64,000 nucleotides of DNA from Klebsormidium nitens (Eukaryota; Plantae; Klebsormidiophyceae), in the NCBI GenBank assembly GCA_000708835.1, contig DF237306.1, positions 1 to 64,000 of the forward strand, read 5' to 3'. The translations under genes were made by a program, and so were the position numbers. The notes below the pieces were generated by a model that did no database searches, was not told where the DNA came from, and saw only the letters and a program-made list of their open reading frames with translations. Positions 23,094 through 34,198 of the stretch are shown one piece after another. How positions within the stretch are numbered: the stretch's first letter is position 1; each line of letters begins with the position of its first letter.

Positions 23094-23260
23094 CCAATGC
23101 AACCTAACCGGATAACTCTCACGAAAGATAATAGTAAGCCAAGATAATAGTAAGCTCCGACTAACACTAAAAACCCTAACCTTAAATGAATACCCGCTCC
23201 GCACCCGTACCCACCCTAACCGGCCACCATACTAACCCCACCCGTCACAGTGCGGTTACC
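23094..23260. repeat. Repeat-like segment: 16-bp tandem pair, ACCCTAAC-type motifs, related in inverted orientation to the window start
   Basis: agataatagtaagc twice at 16-bp period; aaccctaacc and caccctaacc; acctaaccggataactctc matches the reverse complement of positions ~30-50 at 16/19. Confidence 0.4.
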
Positions 23261-23984
23261 TTACTATTATCTGGGCTTACTGTAATTTTTCTTGAGTTTC
23301 ATCCTAACCGGGAACATCCGCGTACGTGCGCACATCGGCATGCGATCGCGTGCAGTGCCGCCGCCGGTGCAGGCTCTCACGTACGATCATTCATGCACAC
23401 CATGTAAGGCATTACGACATCTTAGCCATCATTGTGTACAGCTGCTATTGAACCGCGCAAATGCAACTGACTCTGGTCATGTCTTTGCATGACTGAAAGG
23501 CTCGCGCTCTAGGCTAGGCTCCGGCCCATGAGCTTGTGTTTAACATGATCAACCGAGCTAGGCGCAAGAGAGTCTTCAACTTGGTGACCTGTACGTTGAT
23601 GTCTTCCAAGCTATATATATCCTCCCGTGCAGCGGACGCGCGCTCACCTTCGACATGTACGTTTCTACTCAAGTCCTCAGGTTGCGATCCACATTTGAGG
23701 CCGATACAGCATGCGTGGCAGTGCACAGCGCGGTTGCCATTTCAGGACTTCGTATTGGAAGCACGTCGTGCATCTCTGAAGGCCGGTCATTACAATGACG
23801 ACGCTAGACGCTCAATTCATAGGGTGGAAAACCGAAGTGATCGCGAATGAGCCAACGCGTTATGAGTCCCTCTTAGCAATGTACACATGTGTTGACAAGT
23901 AGAAAACCAGTTCCAAATATTATCTCTTGTGACTCTTCGCTTCCAGATGTTTAATCGGACAAGCTCGCTCGACGCTGTCATTTG

Positions 23985-26900
23985 CTAGCACCTCTCGAAG
24001 ATCTTATACAGATTTTCGAGGCTCGCAATCTGCAGTGAAACAAACGCATGTCAGTACCAGTCGTACTTGTGACATCGTAGCGATATGGCAGGATTCCGTC
24101 TTTCAATTCTCGACAGTTGCACCGCAATCTTACAACCAATTCTGAACCAGAAGAACCCGAACGCGATTGACAGCACGCAGGATTCATCTTTGACCGCATT
24201 CCTCTGGAGCACGGACGCACGTTCAATCAACACTCACGGCTGCATTGCGGAAACGAAAGCTTGCTCTAGAGAGCGACCTTAAGCCCAGTTCGACAAGACA
24301 CTTGCCTGAACCATGGTCCCGTCAGTCGCCATGAACTTCTGCGGCTTCAGAAACAACCGCATTGCCGGGAACATGAGGTGCTGGACGTTCCAGTCCCGCG
24401 CCGCCCACACTGCCTCCGCCGCAGCTTCGTCGTCCCCTTCCGTTTCCGCCCTACACATTTCCGTTCCATTCCGCTCACTTCCGTTCCGCCCTGCGTCTAG
24501 TGCCAGCCCCGCTTCCCCGCCCCGCTCGTTGCCGTCCTCCAAGGGTTCCTTCTCAGACACGGACGCCGCGTCGCCCCCCCCTCGCCCAGGCCCAGATTCG
24601 ACACCCCCGCCGCTCGTTCCTTCGCCGGGGATCCCCTCCCCGCCGTTCCCGGCCGCCTGCCGTGAAGAGGCCCCGTTGCCCCGTCTTTTCTCACCTCCAC
24701 CACTCTCCTCTCGCTCATCGCCACAATGACAAGGCCCCGCCGCATGCTGGTGCCTTTCATGTCCGCTCATCTCGTCCAAAGCTTCCGGCCCTTCTTCCGG
24801 GTTTCCGGCGGTTCCCGGCTCCGCCAGGGGGGGGCTTTCTAGTGAGTCCGCGGCCCCCCGTTCCGACTTCCCGGCTGACTTTGTTCTAAAGGGGTCGGGG
24901 CGAGGCACGAGCGGGGGATGGATTGCGTAGAACTCGGCGATAGCTGCGGCTAGGGTTTGAAAGCACTCTTTCTCGGTGTCCCATTCGACCTGTCAAAAAA
25001 CAAACGCCTTCAACTTGCGTTGATGTTAATGTATCAAACCACTGAACTGTTATGCACTTCCGACGGGAGCATCGCCACCCTTATTTTCCAGAAGCTGCTC
25101 GTGTCAGCCGTTTCAAGTACCGCATTCCAGCGCTCGATACATACAAACATCACTTCATAAAGCCCGTACCGAAGCATGGGGCTTAATCGAGTACATGGTT
25201 TCATCGTTCGCTTAGTGGATGTGATCCAGCTGTGGCAGACCAAGCGGCTATCTTTCACTCTGTCAAAATGCGCAAAGCTGTGAGACCTTCTCAACGCGAG
25301 AACTGCTAGCCTAAACGAGATCAACCGCAAATGTGAGATTGTCGTCTAACGTCGAGAGCGCGACCCTATGTGGACAAGAGCGACACTCACGTCGTTTCCT
25401 AGCCGCAGCGCAAATTGCGGGAGTCGGTCCAGGTCGGGGGAATACTGGTCCAGCACGAGCGGGAGGGTGTGCAGTGCGCCGCTGGCGTCAATTTCGATGC
25501 GGAAATACTCGCGCAGCATCTCCGCTTTCAGCACTAACAGCTGGCTCAACACCTGCAGAGGAGCCCATTCGTGAATGTACTTGGATCCGGACAAATCAGA
25601 CTGCGGCACCCCCTACTAAGGTCCTCCGAGCACCGAACGGGCTTCCTTCGTTTGATTCCATTTGACGAGATGATAAACACCCAAAGATGGAACTCAGACA
25701 CGTAAGAGAGCGGTGAGCAGCTTGAATCCGCATACAAATTTACATTGTGCAGAAAAAGTCGAGCCGCTTAGCGCTCCGCACAAGTGTCGCCATCAAAGCG
25801 AAGTCTGTAGATTCAACTACACGGAAGGGTCGCTGTCAAAGGAGGCGGCACACTATCCCATCGGCTTCCCGCGCTTGCAGCCCTGGTTCCACATTCTGCA
25901 ACTCTCAGGTATTCCAAGACTTGCACCAAAGTCTGCGCTCTGATTTTCATCACATTAGTGTATTTATGCGAAGACAAATTGCGGCATCGCAAAGGTTCCA
26001 AACACACCTTGGCAATCTCCTCTTTCGGCCCGTCGTTCGGCTGCCACCGTCCCAAGGCCTCTTCCTCGTCCAGCGCGATCAGCAGCAGCTGATCAAGCGG
26101 CGCGGGCGGCGTCAGTCGGATGCAGTTGAACTGGCCGAAGCGGCGCAGGACTTGCTGGTACATCAGCTCTTTGCTGCGCAAGAAAAACTGAGATTATACG
26201 TTGGAAGCGACTCTATTCCAGCTGGTGTTCAAGATGAGTTGGAGGGGTTGGTGTTGCAATAACATTGACCAAAGCAGCGCAGAGCTTGTTGGTACATCAG
26301 CTCTTTGCTGCCCACAGAAAGCCGGAATTATACGTTGAAAGCAACTCTATTGCAGCTGGTGTTAAAACAAGTTGGAGGGGCGGGCAGTGTCAGCTGGACG
26401 CAATTAAACTGGCCGAAGCGGCGCACGACTGGATGATAAATCCGTAACCTGGCGGGCATCGCAAAGCTGTCTATTGCCTCAGCGCCGAATACTGCCCGCA
26501 ACAAAAGTTTGTCTGGTCTGTTTCTCGGCCAGATCAGCACCCCGCCCAGGTACTCCTTCGAGAAGACTTCCACGTCAAAAGGCAGGGCATTGGGCTGGAA
26601 TGCCTTAGTGGGCGCCATGGGACTCTGGCGATTCTCACGTTAGACAGAAAACCTCGTCTGCCTTCTCACGAGAAAAGAAGGAACAACTGAGGACGCTTTG
26701 ACAGGGCGGGTCTCTCTTTCGTCCTATACGATAAACTAGAACACATCCATAAGCTGCCCCTCTCATCCCTTCGCCCCCAAGATGAACGAGCGCAACAGAG
26801 ACGAAGCACAGGCTGCACACCTGAGCTTGACAGTGTTTGCGAGGAACAGCTTCGTCTTGTGCTGCAGCAGAGCGAAAGTATCGTCCGCCATCCCCACGAA

Positions 26901-29900
26901 CGTGTTGCTGCGGACGATCTCGGAAAGCCCCTGGTGCACTCCGGCGTTGACTTCCTCCAGCAACTCCTGAATGCTCGTCAGCTCGGACGCCTCGGACGCG
27001 ATCGCAGGGTTGCGCCGCTGCCGGACGGTCCGCCTGAAGTAGCAGCAAAGTGGAAGTGGGTGGGAAGAGGGACTGAGAAAAGAGGATTTGAGCACTTTCT
27101 CTAGAAGCAGGAGTAAAGCTTCCAGAGAACGCTCGATCTTGGATGCTCGTCAGCTCGGACGCTTCGGACGCGATTGCAGGGTTGCGCCGCTGGCGGACGG
27201 TCCTCCTACAGCTGTTTACTTCCCAGCTTTGGACGACAGGGAAGGATAAGGTAGGATGTCGAAAGGGAAGAGGGGGAATGACGAGTTCCTAAGTGCTCGT
27301 CAGCTCGGACGCTTCGGACGCGCTCGCAGGGCTGCGCCGCTGCCGGACGGTCCGCCTGGATTCGAAAAAGAACGTGAGAAAGTAAAGAAGACGGACAGGA
27401 AACGAGGAGTTGAGCATTCAGGTACATGTCAAGGTTCCTGGACACTCGTTAGCTTGGACGTCTCGGATGTGCTCGCAGGGTTGCGCCGCTGCGTGACGGT
27501 CCGCCTGGAGTGAAAAGATTGACGTCATTTTCCAGTCGACACGGAGAGATGAAAGTAAACAAGAGAGGTACACAAAGAAATCAAAAGGCTTCGTGCATGC
27601 TCGTCATTTCGGACGCCGTGAACGGTGGCCCGGTGTGCCGCTGCCTGACTTTGAATGGAAAGTCTGCCGTTCTTTTACCCATTCAAAGCTGGATGCACAT
27701 AGAATGTAAGGTGGGACAGGGAGAGTAGATTGAGAAAGAAAAAACGAGGCTCCTGGTCGCTCGTCCGCTCAGACGCCTCGAACGCAACGCTCAGAGCGCG
27801 CCAATGCCGGACGGTCAGAGCCTGCGTCAATAACTTGACGTTCTATCCTTCTTTCAGGGTTCATGAGGAGGGGAAATGGAAGTACTTAAAAAGTTTGATG
27901 TGTTTCGGGTTTATGACTGCTGGCAGCTCAATGCTGCGGAAGCTGGCAAGTTTTGCCATGGCAAGACGGAAAGCTGCAACTGAATACGACACCTTTTCCC
28001 TTATTCGAAATCAACGGACAAGAAGACGTGATGGCTTGAAAGGCATATCCTCGATTGACCAGGTCCAGCTCACCCACAAGTCCACCTCGAAAAAAGGGAG
28101 CTCAGTAGTGAAAAGTACCTTAGTACAGAAGTAAGCCTGCTTTCAAGGATTCAAAGGGGCGGGTTTGTAAGGGCACTAGCATTCTGCAGCTAGCGCTAAC
28201 CTCACCTGATGGCCGCCAGATCGTCAGGGCTTTCCCGCGCGCTTGCGAGCCGCTTGGTGACGTAAGCGTCCAGCTGGCCGACCGGCTGGAGGACGTCCGT
28301 ACGGACCATGTTCCGGGGGTGAGCTTTCTGAGTGGCCGCTGCAACGGACAGTCCGTACATCAGCTCATGATTCAACCATTCGGGTTTCGCCTCGTTGTTG
28401 AAAAGCAGATCGTTGAAGGTTTGAGCTCGTCATTGGAGGGCTGGAGGTTGTGTCTAAGGGCGCCTGGGGTGATCACGAACGAGGGACCGTAGGGAGCGTG
28501 TCCGAGGAAGCGGTGACCAGTCGCTGATTGGAAGCGAGTCCTTGCTCAAGTCGAAAGAAAGGTCCCACAATAACATTCAAAGATATGAAAGATCAAGATG
28601 CATACGGTCTCAAAGTCTGAAACCCTCTCCAGATGCTAGCTACCCCAATGATTGGACCGACGTTGCGCTGTATAAACCTCCAGCGCAACATGCTCCGGTT
28701 GCGAAAGCGCTTTCTCCTTAGTCTCCAGACCGGCTGGCTCTAACGCAACCCGGGATGCCATTCTCTACGCTAGGCCAAAGCTCGTACTAGGTCCCAATTT
28801 GAGAGGAAGAACAATATCCCTCGTTCCTTGAGCTCTGACTAGAATCATGACATTCTTTACGAGCGCGAGACGTCATACCTACAGCTTGTGATGGCCCTTC
28901 GTCAGCGCCGGCGGGACTTTTTGGAGCGGGAGCGGCGACTCCAGGCAGGAGGGACTGCGGAAGACGGAAATGTCAGTCAAGCCACACACGGGAGCTTTCG
29001 GCATAACCCTTAAGGCTGGTGTAGTCCGTGACCTCAAAACTGAGACCTTTCGGGCAAATCAGGTGTTGAGATTCCAGAGGATAATCGGTCAGCAGGCCAA
29101 TTGTTCACGAGAACTTTACTATTCAACGCATCTACGTCACTGACAGGTTAGCGGCTCTCAAGAAACCCGATGACCGTACGTCGAGACTCCTTGGTGCCCT
29201 GATTTGCGAAAGGCTACCCTCTGAAAAACTCGACACAATGGAAAGCATGTCATATGGTTACTCCCCAAGCTGCCAGCTCTAAAAGCAGTCTCTATCAAGC
29301 ACCGCACCCGAGTCGTCCCCCCTTAAAAACACCCGCATCCTGCTCAAAGCAACATTCATCGAAAGCGTCTTTCTTCGCAAAGTGAAAGAATCCAGGCCCA
29401 GCGAGAGCGATGCGTGCGTTACCTGCGTGTAGTACGTGCGAGACGTGTTCGACTCGAGCAGCTTCTGCTCGACGGCCTTTTGGATGGCCTCGATCAGCGC
29501 TTCCTGGTTCAGAAAACTGACCTGGAAAAAGTACGAAGAGCGAAGATGGTCAGCGGAATAGCCATTCAGGAAAACTTGCCGAGTTAATTAACGCTTCCGG
29601 TTACAGGAAAGTGACCTGGGTAAGCACGACGAGCGGCAGTGGCCAGGGAAACAGCATCTTCTTCGGATTCACTCACGGAGTGCATTGAAACCCGACGCAT
29701 TTAAAACATAGTGTGACGAGCATTGACCTAGAACATTCAAGCACCATCGTGGCAACAAGCGAACCAGATTTAAACGAACGTCTCGGACTGTGAGAGGTCT
29801 CGTTGCAAAGACGGTGACCAAATTTTCTAACGGTAGCAGATGTTTCGGCAAGCCTCAAAGTCTTTCGCAGCCTTCAAGGTGCCCACCTCTCGTTTCGTGG

Positions 29901-32900
29901 GGTGCACATTCACATCGACGTCCTCTGGCGGCAGCGTGATGGACATGTAGAGGAACGGTTTGGAGGCTTTTGGCAGGATCGCTGCGTACACGGCTTCGCA
30001 CGCCTTCTTCAGGGGGCTGCAGTCCACCAGTCGATCTGCGCAAGTCATGTCAGCATTGCGTCAGCATTTCCATTACCAGGAACGGCTACGCTTCCGGCGA
30101 GCTTTCCAGACATCTCAGATTAAGCACTTGCCGAGCAAACTGCCGGTTTCGGAAGACGTGGGAGGCCTGAAGGTTGACAACTAGAGTTGTGAAGCGTGAG
30201 ACCCTGGAGTGCGCCTAACTTCGACAAACCTCGATAAAATTTGCAAACGTCCCGTATGATTTAGAACCGGCAGCGTGTTCGGAAAGCGCTGTATCAAGAC
30301 GCGACCGGGGTTGAACTCCGTTTAAAATAGATCAGCCTCTCGAGATCTTCCAAGCGGTTCCGGCATCGTCGTGGAAACGTTGTCTCAGGCAACACAAACG
30401 CAACCTGGTCGCGCCCAGGCAGACTCACTGTTGGGCACATCAAAACGGATTGCGGGCTACCATTTGGAGGCCCCTGGTCAGAGAAGCTTGATGATTTGCA
30501 TATTGCAGGTTGGGTCAAACCTGGCCGCCTGACTCAAGTTCCGATCTGGACCGATCGCTGAACTTTGCCTGATGCGCAGAACTTGGGCCGTTCGACTTGA
30601 TAGCCTCTGGGTCATCGAAGAGCTCGAAGTCTGAGCATCGGGCAGAGTTTTGTGCGATCGATCCCATCGCACTTGGGTCAGGCGGCCAGGTGTGATAGAA
30701 TCTGCAGTAGATGCTTGTCGGAGAGAGTATCGAGCTTCTGTTCGCTCGAGAAAAAGCGACCCCTCTGCCCAATTTACGTTTGCCCAACAAGGATACGTGT
30801 CAAACGTCGGACGATCGGCCTCACTGTTGATGAAGAGAACCATGATGGTCTTCTTGGCGCTGTAGTTGGCGCTCGAGATACAGCCCCCCATCTTGAATCG
30901 CGATCGGGCCGGGTCGTCGTCGGACGTTTCGATGGGGATCAGTTCGCGGGCGACGGACGAGCCATAGACGGAGCGGATGTTTTCAGAGCGGGAGGACGCG
31001 GCGAGAGTGTGGATGTCTGCGCGGTTCTCGCCGTGCTGCAGTAAGTAAAGCAGTCGTTGTAAAATTCGAGTTCGAAGCACGCAGACACCGAACGAGTTTG
31101 CTCGGTACGTCGGCAGATCGTTTTTTCATTCACTCGAATGATGCAAAGCTGTGCTACTTATACTTGGCTCCTGCAAGCAAAATCTGACGTCTTATGCGGC
31201 CAGTCAATTCTCGACTTCCGGATCTGAGTAGTCCTTGTTTCAAACAAAGAAGGACTTCAACATGCGACTCAAAAATCCTCGAGAAACTCTTGAACAATCC
31301 ATAACAAGCTCCCCGTCTTTGCTTAGAAGAGAAGTTATGAGACGAAGAGCCGGAAAGCCAGGGCGTCTTACCTTCTTGCAGGAGAAGCTGACGCCCTCGT
31401 TGTGTACGGCAAAGCGGCTAATCACGTCCAGGATCCGACTGTACTCCTCCCCCACGTTTTTGAAAGCTTTCCGGCGCGCTGTCACGTTGTAGAACAGGTT
31501 CTCGACCTGAAAGGAACTTCATTCCTTCAAGCAGGCAAATCATGTCCTATGAGGTGCCCGAATCTGCCTATTCTCAGATTAGCAGCGTTCATTGAAGTGT
31601 GGGATGAGTGAAGCCATAGCTCGCTTCCAAAATTGATCAAGACCACTTCATATCAACCTCAAAAACAACGAATTGAAAGGATAAGGAATAAACGACTGTG
31701 AAGGCAGCGTCTTTCTCTCGAGATGATCCATCATGGACCGTTCGCTATTCCCCGGTCGGAAGCATACCGTGATTTGTGTTCCCTTGACTGCAGCACAAGC
31801 TTTGGGCTCCCCCTCCAGTACCCCGTCCTTATATGTGGCTCTGCAACATCACACAAGCGCTCAGATACTTCCCAGTCGGATCGAAGCTCTTTGTAACAAC
31901 ACAGGAGCCCGTCGGTGAAGTTTGCTTCTTACTTAGCGCCTCGTAAGCATGGACCGGCGTCACATTTGAGATGAGCTGGGCCATCTTGTCGTCAAACATT
32001 CCCCACCCAATCGTTAGAAGTCGACTGCCAGGGTACTTCGTCAAGAAGTACTAGCGGATAGTACAAGACAAGCACTTCGTAACAGCTCAGCTTTCATTTG
32101 AACTCCAGTACTTACACCATGCTCATGGAGGCCAGACCGGGATCACTAAGAAAGTCTTCGCAAACCCAAACTTTTTGTTGAGCAAATGTCAAGATCATTG
32201 CTAGTCACCGAAACTTCTGACGGCACTCACTTGTAACCGTGGGTTTGCCCCGCTGTCATAGTCACAACACTCAGATGTGCGACAAAAGTGATACTCGCCA
32301 GCGCCTCTCCTCTAAACCCCAAGGTGCTGATGCTCTGCAAGTCTTCGAACTCCTTCAACTTAGAAGTCGTGTGCCGCTCGCAGAGGATCGGCAGGTCCGC
32401 TGGCTGCAATGTAGAGAGGGTATCCTGTTGGTCTTATTAAGCGGCGGCCACTTTGTCTGTGGATTGATTGGAGGCTAAGGCCTTGCTACTCATATCCCAT
32501 TACTGAGGATATTCTTCTACAATACTCAAATTCCATCTTGGAAATGGCTCTCAAATAGCGCCCATTTTCTGCTGAAAAGATAGTGTGTCCTCGATGTTCC
32601 AACAAAAACAAATAAGGCTACCCTTCAGATAGACTTCTGTGAGTTGCCACAAAGAAACTCTCTGTCAATCTTCAAATACGTGAGGGGCACAAAGAAGTCT
32701 GTATCAGCTCCTCCTCTCTAAACTCTTCAATATTTCTCCCCCAGGACAGATGGTCCATACCAATTAACAGCAGCTGTAAGGTGAGGAAACACGACGAAAC
32801 ACTGTAGGACCCATGGAGGTCCATCTCAAACTTCACGCACTGATCCCAATGCACTTACTCTGATGCCATGTCCGTTGTCTGTGATCTGTATCATCTTCAG

Positions 32901-33092
32901 TCCCCCATCCTTGATGACTACATTGATTGCTGCCGCCCCAGCATCGAGGCTGTTCTCTATCAGCTCCTTGAGAGCAGAAGAGGGCCTCTGGATGACCTCC
33001 CCTGCTGCAATTCGGTTGACCACCTCCTGATCCAGCCGCCGAATGGGGGCCGGGCCAGTCCTGCCAGCTTGCTGACCTTGAGTTGTGTCCAT
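23985..33092 (-). CDS. MLH1: DNA mismatch repair protein MLH1 (MutL homolog), 14 exons
   Basis: Exons 33092-32859, 32403-32231, 31840-31768, 31506-31372, 31035-30825, 30035-29887, 29521-29423, 28954-28879, 28338-28206, 27033-26821, 26173-26008, 25552-25391, 24989-24306, 24029-23985, all phase-compatible. Motifs [57 protein letters not shown]-terminal LYKIFERC*. Confidence 0.97.
26174..26455 (-). repeat. Intronic degenerate copies of the MLH1 exon 11 acceptor/exon head
   Basis: 26276-26380 repeats 26141-26248 (exon head plus intron tail, gggcag|caaagagctgatgtaccaac); 26381-26455 is another exon-11-like fragment ([14 protein letters not shown]). Confidence 0.85.
27141..27825 (-). repeat. Five intronic degenerate copies (about 150-170 bp period) of the MLH1 exon 10 acceptor and first ~65 nt
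   Basis: Copies at about 27141-27213, 27294-27361, 27443-27510, 27597-27650 and 27757-27825 of ag|gcggaccgtccggcagcggcgcaaccctgcgatcgcgtccgaggcgtccgagctgacgagc. Confidence 0.88.
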
Positions 33093-34198
33093 CTTGCTCC
33101 GCTCTACTTCACCAACAAGATCTCTGCTTTCACTATCTGTTCGGATCCTTAATCGGTTCTCATCGTACAGCTTTTGGGGCCTCCAGTGTTGGAGGCTTCT
33201 TGCTCAATTGATGTGCTTGATGTCGCTATGTAAGTACGCTAGGCTCACGTGAGGAAAATCCACTGAAAAGAGTTCCTAAAGTTAAGCAAAGCTGCTTGTG
33301 CAGCATGTGGTTCGCTAGAAAAAGAGAAGGTTCATGGCTTTCACCACCACCAGCTGGTTGCATGACAGGTTGCAACCTTCTTCTGCATCGCAACGGTCTT
33401 TCAAATGCTGCAAGGTCTGAGATACTATCGCACTTGCATTGGCGGCACTGAGCAACTACGTAGTGCCAAGCAGCGCCTTCTCAACCTCCTCCCCACAGTG
33501 ACTTTCACCTTCACATGGCACGTTTTCAGAATGACTAGCTTCAGCCTTCAGGAGCAAGCCAGCGCTCACTTTTGCCGCGCTTCCATCTAGATTAGGTATG
33601 TAATTTGAGTTTATTCAGAGATTGCAAAATGCTGTTCGCGTTTTGACCATCTCGGGGGCCGGTTGATGGCCGTGGAAGCAACGTCTTGCGAGTCCGTCCC
33701 TGAAAACTGCCGGTTTCTGCCGTTGTCAAAACGCCTCCACTACATTTTCAATCCAATATATCGTGCATCATCCTTGGAATTTGACAAAAGGTCTTCCTGC
33801 CAGGCAAGATCAGGGAGGAACGACTCTGGCACAGACTGAGAAAGTTGGGAGGGACGCTTCAAGAACAGGTTTTCAGCATAGCGCTAGGGGGAGGATACGG
33901 GCTCATTGTGGCCATTTGCAAAGATTATGCTTTTAGAAGGGGCCTGTCTGTGCTGAAAAGGGTGGTGCTAGGAACCTCTCCAAGGAAGAAAAGTCGGTCG
34001 GCATATTGTGAATGCCTCAGAGGCCGTGCCTGAAGCGAGAGGCACTCTTCTGTGTCCTTTTCAGTGGTGACGACTTTGCTAGACGATGCTTTGCTAGACG
34101 ATGCTGAAGAATGCTCAACTGGGGTCGATGAAACATCATTAGCCGCTTCTATTGAGAATCGACCTCAACCCAACTTTGATCGTTACAGTTAACAAGGA

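Noticed and set aside
23161-23250. Interstitial telomere or telomerase-related element
   Set aside because: Only a few non-contiguous CCCTAA-like units, not a tandem telomeric tract.
27141-27825. CRISPR-like repeat-spacer array
   Set aside because: Eukaryotic intron; units are degenerate copies of the adjacent exon, not identical palindromic repeats; no cas genes.
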